From the NCBI GenBank assembly GCA_963717365.1, contig OY970327.1:720348-784347 (forward strand): 64,000 nucleotides of DNA, read 5' to 3'. The notes under the pieces are model-generated. The model was not told the origin of the DNA and made no database searches. It saw nothing but the letters and a program-made list of their open reading frames with translations. The translations under genes were made by a program, and so were the position numbers. The stretch's first letter is position 1, and each line of letters begins with the position of its first letter. This document shows, piece by piece, positions 1-12,708 of this stretch. Source of the DNA: Candidatus Saccharimonadia bacterium. Lineage in GTDB: Bacteria > Patescibacteriota > Saccharimonadia > Saccharimonadales > 2-12-FULL-41-12.

Positions 1-1078
1 TATACAATTGGTTGAGTAATTTCTTTGGGTAGGCGTCTTTCTTGAGGTCAATAACAATACGGACATTGCCGCGCGAGCTCTCGTCACGGATATCGCGGAT
101 ACCGCCTATCTTTTTTGTGTTCACTAGTTCAGCAATTTTAATTACTAAATTTTCTTTGTTTAGAGCATATGGTATCTCTGTAATTACGATCTGTTGTAAT
201 TTACCGGTTTCAACAATTTCGGCTACACCACGCACTACTACGCCGCCACGTCCGGTGGCATAGGCACTGCGAATAGAAGCCTGTCCGTATATAACACCGC
301 CGGTTGGGAAATCGGGGCCGGTGACGTGTTTAAGCAGATCATCAAGCGTGGCTTCTGGGTTATCGATCTGCTCTATGGTGGCGTCAATTAACTCAGTTAA
401 GTTGTGCGGGGGAATACTGGTAGCCATACCAACAGCAATACCAATCTGGCCGTTGAGCAGTAAGCTTGGAATTTTAGCGGGTAACACCTCTGGTTCCTGA
501 CGAGTACCATCGTAGGTATCGCGGAATGGAACGGTTTCTTTGTCGATATCAGCTAAAATTTCATCGGCCAAGCGTTGCATTTTGGATTCGGTGTAACGCA
601 TGGCAGCTGGCGGGTCGCCGTCCATACTACCAAAGTTACCCTGGCCATTAACCAGCATATAGCGCATAGACCACGGCTGTGCCATGCGCACTAAGGCGTC
701 ATAAATAGAAGAGTCACCGTGCGGATGGTAGCGTCCCATTACTTGTCCTACGACATTGGCGCTCTTACTGTGGCGGGCGCTGCTGCGCAGCCCCTGCTCG
801 TTCATACTATATAAAATACGTCGGTGCACCGGCTTTAAGCCGTCACGAACGTCTGGCAGCGCTCGTTCGACGATCACGCTCATGGAGTAGCGCAAATAGC
901 TGTCTTCCATGACGTTCTCAACCGTTCGGGCTTCAACTTCGCGTGAGTGCGTTTGCGGTGGCGCTATAATCTCAATTTCAACCGGTGGCTGGTTTTCGAT
1001 GCGCGGTTCGTTTATCGCATTCTCTACTTCAGAATCGTTATCCATAGTATTGTTGGTGTCGTTATTGCTGTCTGCCAT
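1..1078 (-). CDS. gyrA: DNA gyrase subunit A, N-terminal ~359 codons (gene continues past window start)
   Basis: Minus-strand ATG at 1078-1076. Translation [10 protein letters not shown]... includes [39 protein letters not shown] and [18 protein letters not shown], the conserved GyrA N-terminal/QRDR region. One nt separates it from the gyrB stop. Confidence 0.9.
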   Translation of the reverse strand, partial: MADSNNDTNNTMDNDSEVENAINEPRIENQPPVEIEIIAPPQTHSREVEARTVENVMEDSYLRYSMSVIVERALPDVRDGLKPVHRRILYSMNEQGLRSSARHSKSANVVGQVMGRYHPHGDSSIYDALVRMAQPWSMRYMLVNGQGNFGSMDGDPPAAMRYTESKMQRLADEILADIDKETVPFRDTYDGTRQEPEVLPAKIPSLLLNGQIGIAVGMATSIPPHNLTELIDATIEQIDNPEATLDDLLKHVTGPDFPTGGVIYGQASIRSAYATGRGGVVVRGVAEIVETGKLQQIVITEIPYALNKENLVIKIAELVNTKKIGGIRDIRDESSRGNVRIVIDLKKDAYPKKLLNQLY

Positions 1079-1079
1079 C

Positions 1080-3281
<2,202 letters not shown>

Positions 3282-3387
3282 TCAGCACAAAAGTTAAGAT
3301 TTATAACAGCTTGTCTGAACACATCATTTCATGCTTAAATATACATAAGCATAACGAATACTAAAAATAAAAATTAGGCCCGAGCCA

Positions 3388-4608
3388 ATGTTCAAACAAT
3401 TAATCTCCAGTCTCGCGTTCAGCCCGTCGGCAATTGAACAGGTATCTTTTTATGCCAAACGACTGAAGCAAGAGGACTCAATCCGCCGACTTGGCTTAAT
3501 ATTGATTGTATTCAGCATGTTTATACAGGTGTTTGCCGCCATGATCCCACCAGAAAAATCGCTGGCATTATCGGATAATGACGTTATCAGCGGTGGTGTT
3601 CAGAACATGGAAGAACTCAAAACCAAGTCCAGCGCCATGCCAGATGTAAAGGCTCTCTACGACCGTTTTGGCTTGCAGGAAAACAGCATGAACACCACCG
3701 GCAGCGCCCAGGAGACCACTTTTGATTTTGCCCAAGAAGGTGCTAATGGTACGCGCACGGTTGGCCGCACTAACTTTGGCAGCACCAACGACTATAATCT
3801 TGGCGACTTTGCCGGCAGTACGTTTTACAGTCGCAATGCCGGCGAATGGCCAGGCAGCACACAGGCGTTTTACTTTGATAAGCAAATAGGCACTGACAGC
3901 AACTTCTACTACGTATGGGTACTTAAAGATTCCGGCAATATTGCCTACCAACTGGCCGAAAATTCTACTCCGCCAACAACATCCGCAGCCACCACGGCTC
4001 CTGCAACACCAGCTGCGCCTGCCGCAGTGCTCGCGCCTGACCGCTTAAAATCGGCTCAAAATCTAACCCGTCAACTCACACCGCAACAAACGCTGTCAAC
4101 AAAGGCCAAGGCCGGTGACACCATTGAGTACACGCTCACCACCACCAACCGCAACGATACTGAACTGAAAGATTACCTAATTGAAGATTATGTAGGCGAC
4201 CTGCTGGATTATGCCACGGTAGATACCGCTTTTCTCAGTCAACAGGGCGGCATGTACTCGGCTATATCAAAAAAGGTTAGTTGGCCCGGCCAAACAATAC
4301 TAGCCCGAAGTGAGCTTAAGAAAACCTTCCGAATAGCCCTCATGCCCGTTATCCCCAGCACTAATCAGCCAAATGCTACGGCCACTAATTACGATTGTAA
4401 GCTCCAAAACGGCTATGGCAACGAAACAGTCATCCCTGTTAATTGTTCAAGCTTAAAGACTATCGATGAACTACCTGAAACCGGTGCTGGCACCAGTATT
4501 GGTATCGCCTTTGCCGTGTCGCTGATAGCCGGCTATTTCTACATGCGCGGTCGCTTACTATCCAAAGAATTGCGTATAATTAAGAAAAGTCACCAATCGG
4601 GTTATTAA
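3388..4608 (+). CDS. LPXTG-anchored cell-surface protein with DUF11-like repeat region
   Basis: N-terminal signal/anchor (LGLILIVFSMFIQVFAAMIPP). C-terminal LPETG followed by a hydrophobic stretch and a basic tail (sortase sorting signal). Central GDTIEYTLTTTN...DY motif is DUF11-like. Thr/Pro/Ala-rich linker. Confidence 0.75.
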   Translation: MFKQLISSLAFSPSAIEQVSFYAKRLKQEDSIRRLGLILIVFSMFIQVFAAMIPPEKSLALSDNDVISGGVQNMEELKTKSSAMPDVKALYDRFGLQENSMNTTGSAQETTFDFAQEGANGTRTVGRTNFGSTNDYNLGDFAGSTFYSRNAGEWPGSTQAFYFDKQIGTDSNFYYVWVLKDSGNIAYQLAENSTPPTTSAATTAPATPAAPAAVLAPDRLKSAQNLTRQLTPQQTLSTKAKAGDTIEYTLTTTNRNDTELKDYLIEDYVGDLLDYATVDTAFLSQQGGMYSAISKKVSWPGQTILARSELKKTFRIALMPVIPSTNQPNATATNYDCKLQNGYGNETVIPVNCSSLKTIDELPETGAGTSIGIAFAVSLIAGYFYMRGRLLSKELRIIKKSHQSGY

Positions 4609-4638
4609 AATGAGTAAAGATTATGCGAGCGAAAAACT

Positions 4639-5217
4639 ATGAGTGAACGCCAGCCCCATTACGAAACCGGTGAGTCGATGGAGCTCGATCCGCGCAAAGC
4701 CGAGAAACTATCTCATGAAAACCATGAACGCCTGCGTGTCGCCGCCGAAGAAGCCCGCCAAAAACAAGCTTCCATCGAAGCCCTCACAGAACGAGTTGAA
4801 AAAGCCGCCCAAGATAGCGCCGAATCTAAGGCAAATAGTAGCGAAGCCGGCCATGACACCAACGATGACGGCCCGTCGCCAGTTCACATCGGCGCTCGTA
4901 TCAAAGGTGATGCCTATGATCGGCAGATCGATTATGTCCAGCAGCACGAAAAACCAGCTGAGCGTAACTTCAGCAAGTTTATACATCAGCCAGTTATCGA
5001 AGAGGTTAGCAATGTTGCCGAGTCCACTATCGCGCGGCCACTAGCCCTCTTGTATGGCGGCCTGTTCGCGGTAATCACCAATCTTGTCTTACTATATGTC
5101 TGCCGCCGTTACGGCTATGAGTATAATTTTATGATTGGCTTGGCCGGCTTCGCCGGCGGCTTTGTGGTTGGTCTGATAATTGAAGGCGCGGTACGTCTCT
5201 TAAAACCCCGCCGCTAA
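4639..5217 (+). CDS. hypothetical membrane protein (N-terminal coiled-coil, two C-terminal TM helices)
   Basis: 192-aa ORF 30 nt after the LPXTG gene. Charged helical N-terminus, hydrophobic C-terminus (LALLYGGLFAVITNLVLLYV..., GLAGFAGGFVVGLIIEGAV). Confidence 0.6.
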   Translation: MSERQPHYETGESMELDPRKAEKLSHENHERLRVAAEEARQKQASIEALTERVEKAAQDSAESKANSSEAGHDTNDDGPSPVHIGARIKGDAYDRQIDYVQQHEKPAERNFSKFIHQPVIEEVSNVAESTIARPLALLYGGLFAVITNLVLLYVCRRYGYEYNFMIGLAGFAGGFVVGLIIEGAVRLLKPRR

Positions 5218-5220
5218 TAT

Positions 5221-6009
5221 TTAGGCTGCTACGGCAAAATTGCGATAATTTTCTAGATTACCGCCAGTCATTTGGTCAAGCAATACCGGATTCATGGCCA
5301 GAACAGATGCGGCGAAATCGTCGGCAAAAGTTTCGGAGGTCATGTCGCGGTATGCGTCGTGCTGTTTCTGTAACAACTCCTCCATAGTAGCCACTCCCAA
5401 GCTGTCATGTATAGCATCCCAATTTTTTTGTACGAATGTATTTGCGCGAGTACCTTCGCTCATGATTGCTGATACGGTTGCCCGGCCAATTGGCAGCGCC
5501 AGCTTTTCCCGCTTAACCCGGGTATTTAATTCTTCAGGGTTGTTTTCATAATCCATATATTCACTAACATGCCCTAGCTCGTGCAGTAAAGCAAAAACAT
5601 GCATTAGTTGAGGAGTTATTTCATCTGAGGAAATACCCATTTTGTCTGCAAAGTGCTGTCTAGCTCCAGGTATACCGTCTAGCGAATCATCTATTTTTAA
5701 TAGCTTATCGTCTAAATTGTCTACTGACAAATGGACTTGGTGTCGGCCGTTTTCCGATACCCAGGCAGGTCGCGCTCTAGCGATACTTGAACTTTCGTCG
5801 TCAAGCGGTACAATTTCCACGTCAGCAAGCCGAGGATCAAGCTTAACTGCTTCAAGATAAGCTGTTTCCAATATTACGCCCATCTCCGCTCCGCGTAATA
5901 ATTCAACATTCTGCGATTCTATCTCACCTACAGACATAGGTACCGAATAAATTTCTGGTTTTGTTTCGGGAAGAATTCTTGGGTTTAAACCGGGTGCTTC
6001 GTGTGACAT
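5221..6009 (-). CDS. hypothetical protein with HExxH motif (putative zinc metallopeptidase)
   Basis: 262-aa ORF with HELGH at FALLHELGHVSEY. No other recognisable family signature. Confidence 0.55.
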   Translation of the reverse strand: MSHEAPGLNPRILPETKPEIYSVPMSVGEIESQNVELLRGAEMGVILETAYLEAVKLDPRLADVEIVPLDDESSSIARARPAWVSENGRHQVHLSVDNLDDKLLKIDDSLDGIPGARQHFADKMGISSDEITPQLMHVFALLHELGHVSEYMDYENNPEELNTRVKREKLALPIGRATVSAIMSEGTRANTFVQKNWDAIHDSLGVATMEELLQKQHDAYRDMTSETFADDFAASVLAMNPVLLDQMTGGNLENYRNFAVAA

Positions 6010-6143
6010 ATTATTTTATATATTAACTTGGTTATATACTATAAATTATAACAAAAAATAGCTACTTTGTCAATAGATATAATTGACAAATCTACATATT
6101 TATGATACTGTCTAAGGCAAAGTAATCAAAATCACACTAAAAC

Positions 6144-6665
6144 CTAGCTACTTACAACTTCTAGATCCTTGGTTTCGATTGTCCCCAGGTAGAGAACATG
6201 CGGTGCTCCTGCATACGTCAGCGGCTGTTCGCCTTGTGCACGGGCGTCCCGGTAATGCTGCTTAGTAATTTCGGGCAGATGGTTATTCTGGAGGTAATTC
6301 TCCTCAGTAAATGGCAGATATTCTTTTTCATACTGCCCTTCGCCCTTTTTATGGGTCACCATAATAGTCATTTTAGACTGGTCCAGACTGCTAGCGTCAA
6401 TCCGGAACGCTCTCCAAGACATATCTACTGGAGCACCTGTCTCTTGCATCGCTAACTTAACTTCTGTCGGATCTATCGGCGACAAGTGAATTACACTGTT
6501 CCAGTTGCCCAAGCCGGGGACTTCAGTATCCTTCACGTCTTCCCTGCCTTCATATTTGGCAGCCTGCCCGTCAAAAAGCTCTGGCAGCTTATATTTCATC
6601 TCATTGAGCGAATACAAAACGGTGCCCCGCATATCTTCTGGAACAAAGTGATATAAATACATCAT
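6144..6665 (-). CDS. hypothetical protein
   Basis: 173-aa ORF overlapping the stop of the upstream TrmB-family gene by 4 nt (operon). No recognised domain. Confidence 0.6.
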   Translation of the reverse strand: MMYLYHFVPEDMRGTVLYSLNEMKYKLPELFDGQAAKYEGREDVKDTEVPGLGNWNSVIHLSPIDPTEVKLAMQETGAPVDMSWRAFRIDASSLDQSKMTIMVTHKKGEGQYEKEYLPFTEENYLQNNHLPEITKQHYRDARAQGEQPLTYAGAPHVLYLGTIETKDLEVVSS

Positions 6666-7411
6666 AACTGTCCCGTTTTAGTATTCGCCCACAGGTGCTT
6701 AAAGATTATATTAAACGTAGCTGCTAAAATTTGATTGGTAATAATCGTCACCACTAAGCTCGGCTGGTACACAGTAAAGGCTATTTTGTCATCGTAAATT
6801 GCCACTTCTCCTTCGTGCGGTTGGCCATCCCAGAAACGGACTTCGTAGCCTTTATCGTTAAAATTTTTGATGTTTATCTCATTTTCAACCTCACTACTAA
6901 AAAGTATAAGAGAATGATTGGGCTTCTTGCGCGCATGAGCGTAGACCTCGAGCGCCTCCCGCGCTTCTTTATTCTTCGATGTCACGTCGCTGGCAAGAAT
7001 ACTTACCACTTGCTTCGACGCGGCCATATCCGTCAGTGACTTTTTATAGCCATTAATACCTTCTAGATATACTACCCCGGGCGTATGCTGTCCCAGGTTA
7101 TACTGCGAAATCAGCTCAGGCAAGACACTATTTAACGCAACGTTCGCCTGGCGCAACTCCATTTGCCGGGTCGTTATCAGTGCTTTTAATTTATCTGGGC
7201 TGGCAGGTGCGTATGTTCGGGGAGCAGTAGTATCGTCAATCACGACAAGTTTGTCGCCCGCAAGCCGCTCCAGTATTGTATAAACGTTTGTTCGACTCTC
7301 CTTCAATTCTTTAGCAAGCTGTGCTGCCGTCATACTTCCTTTTTCAATCAAGAAAAGATAGAATTTTGCTTCTTTGGCATTAAGACCGAGCCAGGCAAGA
7401 ACTTCTTCCAT
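6662..7411 (-). CDS. TrmB-family transcriptional regulator
   Basis: N-terminus LGLNAKEAKFYLFLIEKGSMTAAQLAKELKESRTNVYTILERL matches the TrmB winged-helix HTH. C-terminal TrmB-like effector domain. Confidence 0.75.
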   Translation of the reverse strand: MEEVLAWLGLNAKEAKFYLFLIEKGSMTAAQLAKELKESRTNVYTILERLAGDKLVVIDDTTAPRTYAPASPDKLKALITTRQMELRQANVALNSVLPELISQYNLGQHTPGVVYLEGINGYKKSLTDMAASKQVVSILASDVTSKNKEAREALEVYAHARKKPNHSLILFSSEVENEINIKNFNDKGYEVRFWDGQPHEGEVAIYDDKIAFTVYQPSLVVTIITNQILAATFNIIFKHLWANTKTGQL

Positions 7412-7569
7412 ACCAACATTTTACTATAAATGAATATTAGTGTCAATATTTTTACGACACTTTTAACACCTTATTTTTTATAATTTTATGTAATAGTATT
7501 GACACTATAGATACTTTTATGTAATAATACTACCCAAGTTCCAAATAGTGGGCAATAAGGAGAAAATTA

Positions 7570-8313
7570 ATGACCAACCCAGATCGACCACCAAATTCAA
7601 ATAATCAAGGACCAACACCAAATACACAACCCCTTGTAAGGAGAACATGGCCAGAATACATAGAAGATTTTAAGAGACTTTCAGGGCGGAATAATATTGA
7701 ATGGTTTGACTCCGATGCCTCAGGTCTAGAGATAGAGGCAATATGCTGGCCGGACAAGGGTAGTGAGACAGCAAACGAGGTTGAGTCGCTTCTTTCTGAA
7801 AGCATAAGGCCGCTGTTTGATGATGCTCGGAGATTAGAACGACATGACATGTATCACGAGTATAGCCTTTATCTTGGTCCTAATGGAGAGGATTCCGACC
7901 CTCATGGAACGTATACGCACTTCCTACTAACAGAAGGTGAACGCGCAGAAATTGTAGAGCGTTTAACGGACGTATTGGGACAAAGACTCTCTAGTGTTGA
8001 AGATCCTAGCACCGGATCGCATGTTGCTATGTGGAATCAGGATGACCAGGCTGTCCCTTTAATCGAACTTTCCGCTCATGATTTGTTGGTATTATCTGTG
8101 GTTATTTGTGCTTTCAGCCCTCATAATATCGAAAAGTCTCCTGATACGGATGACGTTAGGCGCATTCAAGAAATAATCAAGCGGGACAAATACTCCGTTG
8201 GACTTCATACTTTCGGTGCCGTCAAGCTAGCGGTTAACGGGCAATTAAGAGATCACCAGGCGCAGGAAATAATGCTGAATAATCCAGATGATGAAACTAA
8301 TGACCAATCATAA
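7570..8313 (+). CDS. hypothetical protein (acidic)
   Basis: 247-aa ORF with GGAG-like SD (aataaggagaaaattaATG). No recognised domain. Confidence 0.6.
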   Translation: MTNPDRPPNSNNQGPTPNTQPLVRRTWPEYIEDFKRLSGRNNIEWFDSDASGLEIEAICWPDKGSETANEVESLLSESIRPLFDDARRLERHDMYHEYSLYLGPNGEDSDPHGTYTHFLLTEGERAEIVERLTDVLGQRLSSVEDPSTGSHVAMWNQDDQAVPLIELSAHDLLVLSVVICAFSPHNIEKSPDTDDVRRIQEIIKRDKYSVGLHTFGAVKLAVNGQLRDHQAQEIMLNNPDDETNDQS

Positions 8314-9340
8314 TCTAATGCCTAAAGACTCTCATGAGCATCAAGAATCGACTATTGATAGCTTAAGTGAGAGATTTTCAACACTTGCGCAAGAACTCGC
8401 CAAAACCGGTCGAGTTGAAAGCCTGGCTTCTGCAGAGCTCGAGTTTAAGAGAGGCGGAGTAAGACTAGATCGAACAATTATCACAGAAGACGAAGTAACT
8501 ATTGCAGATTATGCAACATTCGACATGGGTGGCCCAACAAATTTTGCTGTCATACGATTCCATGAGGAAACGCCTACAGCGTTGGGCCGAGGAAGTTTTT
8601 ATGGAGCTTCAGATAAAGGTGTTTCATTTGAGCGCGATCTGATGGTATTTCCAGATTTTGAGGAAAATGATGAAAAATATGATGAAAAATGGGAAAAATA
8701 TGAGACGGCTCACGAAGCCGCTCGAGACAATCCTGATTCACCAGACGTCATCCACGGCCAAGTCGGCGAAGCCCACGCGCAAGGACTGCTCCAGATGATA
8801 CCCGAAATAACGCAAGCCGACCCTGAAGCGGCGGAAGCGGCTTTTGCCAAGATCATGGCAGTTGAGCTTGACCCTGAGTGTGACTTTACAGCCGGCGGTT
8901 CAGTAAGCAAGGAAACCGCAGCTGCACTCAGGACTGTTCTAGACACAATTTTAGACAAGCAGCCGCAAGAAGGCCAGGCACAAGTACAGTGCATGCTGCC
9001 CGATGGTAAAATTGCTATAATCGATTATGCTGACGGAAGCTTCAGGATCGACCGCGTTACTCGTCACGAAGATCAAAAGACTGCAACCTATCTCACATTT
9101 ATCCTAGAGCCCGGTAAGTCCCCTGACTCTAGCGAGATGGTAGGTCCTTATCTGAAAGAAGAGATTGAAGAACTCATCTTCCCGCTTTACCAAACTATCA
9201 TAACGATAGCGAACATAAAGGGGATAAACGTAGCAGAGCCACGTCAGCCAGAAGAGATTTTAGGTGAGCTTATAACAGTTATGCAAGCTTTAAAAGCAGA
9301 GATTCCAGATGATAATCATCAACCAACCGAAACAGCCTAG
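8288..9340 (+). CDS. hypothetical protein (acidic)
   Basis: 350-aa ORF overlapping the previous gene end. No recognised domain. Confidence 0.6.
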   Translation: MMKLMTNHNLMPKDSHEHQESTIDSLSERFSTLAQELAKTGRVESLASAELEFKRGGVRLDRTIITEDEVTIADYATFDMGGPTNFAVIRFHEETPTALGRGSFYGASDKGVSFERDLMVFPDFEENDEKYDEKWEKYETAHEAARDNPDSPDVIHGQVGEAHAQGLLQMIPEITQADPEAAEAAFAKIMAVELDPECDFTAGGSVSKETAAALRTVLDTILDKQPQEGQAQVQCMLPDGKIAIIDYADGSFRIDRVTRHEDQKTATYLTFILEPGKSPDSSEMVGPYLKEEIEELIFPLYQTIITIANIKGINVAEPRQPEEILGELITVMQALKAEIPDDNHQPTETA

Positions 9341-9374
9341 CTAAACCAGGTATAGACCTATTAACGTTGCCAGT

Positions 9375-9423
9375 TGTACTATATCTCAACTTAATGAAAG
9401 CTTAATGAAATGCAAGTATGGTA
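9375..9423. repeat. 49-bp palindromic intergenic repeat (REP-like family), degenerate copy
   Basis: gtactatatctcaacttaatgaaagcttaatgaaatgcaagtatggtac shares GTACTATATCTC...TAATGAA...GTATNGTAC ends and length with copies at 18019, 29931 and 39291. Lies between convergent genes. Confidence 0.6.
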
Positions 9424-9513
9424 CTTGGGACTATGGTAGTGGCTTGGGTTAATGGAGGTGGTACTGAGTGTGCATCTAAAAAGTATCAAAAACCGTATTC
9501 GGTGCCAACTGAG

Positions 9514-12500
9514 TTAGCGCTTAATATGAATTGTGTCTTCGTGATGCTTCACGCTTGCACCTGAATTCGAAGATGGGTCAGCAGTACGAATCTGCAATTC
9601 ACCCACTGGATGCGTTTGGTCATTTTTAGGCTGCGGCGGCAGTGGCTCCGACTTTGGTTCTGACTTTGGTTTGGGCCGGTCTTGAGACTGGTGTTCCGAA
9701 GCTGGTTCAGGCTTGTGCTTGAGCTTTTGAATAGGCTTAGGCGCTGGCGGCAGCGTAGGTTTTTGAGGAGCTGCAGCAAATGATAGCGGTTCTGGCCGAG
9801 ACGCAGGAGACGGAGTGTCAAAAGCCGGTGGCTGTACGTCATCAGAGACTCTCTGCGGGGTCGGTGGAGCTGTTCCGGGCTGTGGCTGTTCCAACGACGA
9901 TGTCGGTACAGGAGCTCCATGAAACACAGCAGTTGATGGTTGCTGGGGTTGAGGTTGAGCGGCAGAGGGATTAACCGGGCCAGCAGCAGGAGCTGGAGCT
10001 GGACCTTGTGTTTTGCGGCGCTTATCAAGCCATTGATCCAAGAATGAAGAACCACTTCCAGGAGGGCCCGCTGCAGCGGCACCTGGCGGCGGACCATAGC
10101 CTGCTGGAGCTCTCGATGCTGGAGCTGGGGATGGTCCGCCGTAAGGATTTGGTTGGGCGGCGGCCCCAAATGGCCGGCCAGCCGCGCCCTGACCCTGAGT
10201 CGGCCGAGTACCTTGTCCAAAGCCTTGAGCCGGGGCGGCTGGAGCTGTCTCTTTAACGTGCATGCGTTCAAATATTTCCTTCTCTACTATTTGGCGTGGA
10301 CGGGCATATTTAGCGGCCGACAACTGTTTCAAGGCATCGCCAAGCTCAGGATGCGGTTCGCCCAGCGGCGGCGAACCAGCCATACTGAACGCTTGGGTTG
10401 GCACACCATGGATAAGCGTACGAACAATCGCATTCCAGTTTGGTACGCGTAGCAAATCGTCGGCGTCAAACAGTGGCTGGAAGTAGCGGGTCAGTCCGTC
10501 AACATCATTTTGGCCAACCCGGAAGGCCACTGTAGTACCGACGTTACCAAAAACAGCATCACGGATCTCTTCGGTCAGCTGAGTGGTAAACTGGTTGGCA
10601 ACCACCAGGTTGAGACGGTATTTCCGGGCTTCAGACAAAATAGTCGCGAACGAATCGGTAGAAAAGTTCTGGAACTCGTCCACGTATAAGCAAAAGTCCT
10701 GGCGATCCTTCTCGGGAATATTAGCGCGTGACATAGCCGCCGACTGGAACTTCATCACAAAGATCATCCCAAGTAAATTGGAGTTCATATCACCGGTTCG
10801 GCCTTTTGACAGGTTAACAATGAGGATTTTCTTGTTATCCATAATATCGCGCAAGTCAAAGGCACTTTTAGTCTGACCGATGATATTACGCATCATACCG
10901 TTTGATAAGAAGGCGCCGAACTTACTGACAAACCAGCTGACCACATCGCCAAATTCGTTTGATTTCTGGGCTTGAACCATTTCCTTCTGCCAGAAATCGA
11001 GCACGTTCTGGTCGGTGACATACTTAAGTTTCTGGTTGACGTAATCCTTGTCACGAAACAGCTTTGGAATATCAACGAAGCTGCCGCCCTCTGGGCCAGC
11101 CATCACCGTCAGCGCGGCATTACGAAATAACGATTCATAGCGCGGCCCAATAATTCCCTGTTTCTGCGGATCATACAGCTTATACAGCACGTTAATAACT
11201 TCCTGGATGACAAAGTCCTTTTGGTCATCGGTTTTGGCTTCAAAGACATTAAGCCCCATTGGATAATCGGTGTCGGCCGGGCAGAAGTAAATAACGTCTT
11301 CAGTGCGCTCTTTTGGCACCATAGAGAGCAGTTTTTCAGCCGTGTCGCCGTGCGGGTCAATAAAAGCAAAGCCATTGCCCATCTGCATGTCCTGTAGCGC
11401 CAGGTTTTCAAGGAATGTTGACTTACCTGTACCGGTTTGTCCAACCGCATAGATGTGGCGCTGACGATCTTCTAGGGCCAGACGAATTGGCCGTTTGGTA
11501 CCGCGGAAGACGTTGTAGCCCAATAACAAACCATGTTCCGGCACATTACGTGGCCCATCAACCTGCTTAGAATCCTGGCGAACCAGCTGCGAGGTTGGAA
11601 TGTCCTCTTGCTGCGGGAAGTGGAATAAGGTAGCAAGTTCAACTGAATTTAAAATGTTAGAGTCGTGATGCTGCGGAAAAAACCGCATAATATAGGCAGT
11701 TACAAAACTTTCGATATCTTGGGCTGGTGTAAACTTAAAGCCGTTCTTGCCCGGAGCGTTATAAAGACCAAAACTAGCCACCATGTTGCCCTGAATGGAC
11801 TGGGCCCGCTGCACTACATTAGATGACGCGATTACCCGTATAGTCGTTTCAAACCCGGGCGTCCGAGTTTTTTCATCGATAGAATCAAGGATAGCCTGCT
11901 CGTGCGGTGACAAATTAGACCCCGGTGGCCCGGAACTTGGTCCTTTATCCTCTGGGGGCTTAGACAAGGCCGTCGACATATCATTAAAAAACTCCATAAA
12001 TCCTTTGACGCCTTTTTTCTTCTCATCACCCTTGCGTTTCTTGCTAGCCACCTCGTTAGCATCTTTTGCCCAACCAGGTCTCGCCGGACGCAACAGGAAT
12101 TGGATAGCAGCACCGTCATCTTTATCTAGAGTAGACAGTGAATTCAATAAAGACTGCAGCGGATCGCGTTTTAGGTCTTGGTAAGTGGCAATTGGATAAG
12201 CATACTTTTCTTTTAAGGTCAGCTCACCGCCAAGAGTACCGCTAATGCGGCCCAGTTTGCTAAAGATATTTGGCTCTAATGCTTCTTCTAGCCGGGCTGA
12301 AGGATAGGCACTGATGATCGCTTGTTTTACTAGATCAACAAGTCCAATTGGCACTGCCGTAAAGAAATCAATCCGCCCACTGTGAGCTACGATCTCAAAA
12401 GAAATATGCCGCTGTCCGTAGAAGTGGCGCTTAAAATTCTTTTCAAAGGTACTGGCAAGAATACTGTATAAAATTTGAGCCTTTGAAATATTTTCATCAG

Positions 12501-12699
12501 TTACATCACGAATATCACGGTTATTAGTATCGGTATCAGCACTGGGGGGCGGCAAGTGGATGATAAGAGGAACCATCTTGAGCCCGCGCTCAAAGTTTTT
12601 CTGCTCCCGAAGCACCTTGCGCGATTGAAAATATATAATTGGGCCAATAATAAAGCCCAGACATATGACTCCCACCAGTAACGCAATGAAAGTTGCCAT
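9514..12699 (-). CDS. membrane-anchored P-loop ATPase of the DUF87/HerA-FtsK-VirB4 superfamily with long P/Q/A-rich C-terminal tail
   Basis: N-terminal TM (FIALLVGVICLGFIIGPIIYF). Walker A AVGQTGTGKST followed by IDPHGD (HerA/DUF87-type motif). Walker B LYVDEFQNF. The last ~330 aa are low-complexity Pro/Gln/Ala/Gly-rich. The GC-rich tail creates spurious overlapping ORFs in other frames. Confidence 0.75.
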   Translation of the reverse strand: MATFIALLVGVICLGFIIGPIIYFQSRKVLREQKNFERGLKMVPLIIHLPPPSADTDTNNRDIRDVTDENISKAQILYSILASTFEKNFKRHFYGQRHISFEIVAHSGRIDFFTAVPIGLVDLVKQAIISAYPSARLEEALEPNIFSKLGRISGTLGGELTLKEKYAYPIATYQDLKRDPLQSLLNSLSTLDKDDGAAIQFLLRPARPGWAKDANEVASKKRKGDEKKKGVKGFMEFFNDMSTALSKPPEDKGPSSGPPGSNLSPHEQAILDSIDEKTRTPGFETTIRVIASSNVVQRAQSIQGNMVASFGLYNAPGKNGFKFTPAQDIESFVTAYIMRFFPQHHDSNILNSVELATLFHFPQQEDIPTSQLVRQDSKQVDGPRNVPEHGLLLGYNVFRGTKRPIRLALEDRQRHIYAVGQTGTGKSTFLENLALQDMQMGNGFAFIDPHGDTAEKLLSMVPKERTEDVIYFCPADTDYPMGLNVFEAKTDDQKDFVIQEVINVLYKLYDPQKQGIIGPRYESLFRNAALTVMAGPEGGSFVDIPKLFRDKDYVNQKLKYVTDQNVLDFWQKEMVQAQKSNEFGDVVSWFVSKFGAFLSNGMMRNIIGQTKSAFDLRDIMDNKKILIVNLSKGRTGDMNSNLLGMIFVMKFQSAAMSRANIPEKDRQDFCLYVDEFQNFSTDSFATILSEARKYRLNLVVANQFTTQLTEEIRDAVFGNVGTTVAFRVGQNDVDGLTRYFQPLFDADDLLRVPNWNAIVRTLIHGVPTQAFSMAGSPPLGEPHPELGDALKQLSAAKYARPRQIVEKEIFERMHVKETAPAAPAQGFGQGTRPTQGQGAAGRPFGAAAQPNPYGGPSPAPASRAPAGYGPPPGAAAAGPPGSGSSFLDQWLDKRRKTQGPAPAPAAGPVNPSAAQPQPQQPSTAVFHGAPVPTSSLEQPQPGTAPPTPQRVSDDVQPPAFDTPSPASRPEPLSFAAAPQKPTLPPAPKPIQKLKHKPEPASEHQSQDRPKPKSEPKSEPLPPQPKNDQTHPVGELQIRTADPSSNSGASVKHHEDTIHIKR

Positions 12700-12708
12700 A
12701 AGTAGGCC

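Noticed and set aside
8710-8994. Various ≥60-aa opposite-strand or overlapping ORFs inside long genes (e.g. 3568-3951, 8710-8994, 11109-11450, 31430-32026, 34298-34627, 37443-37673, 43334-43687, 55790-56248)
   Set aside because: Fully nested in genes with homology or strong coding signal on the other strand. No independent support.
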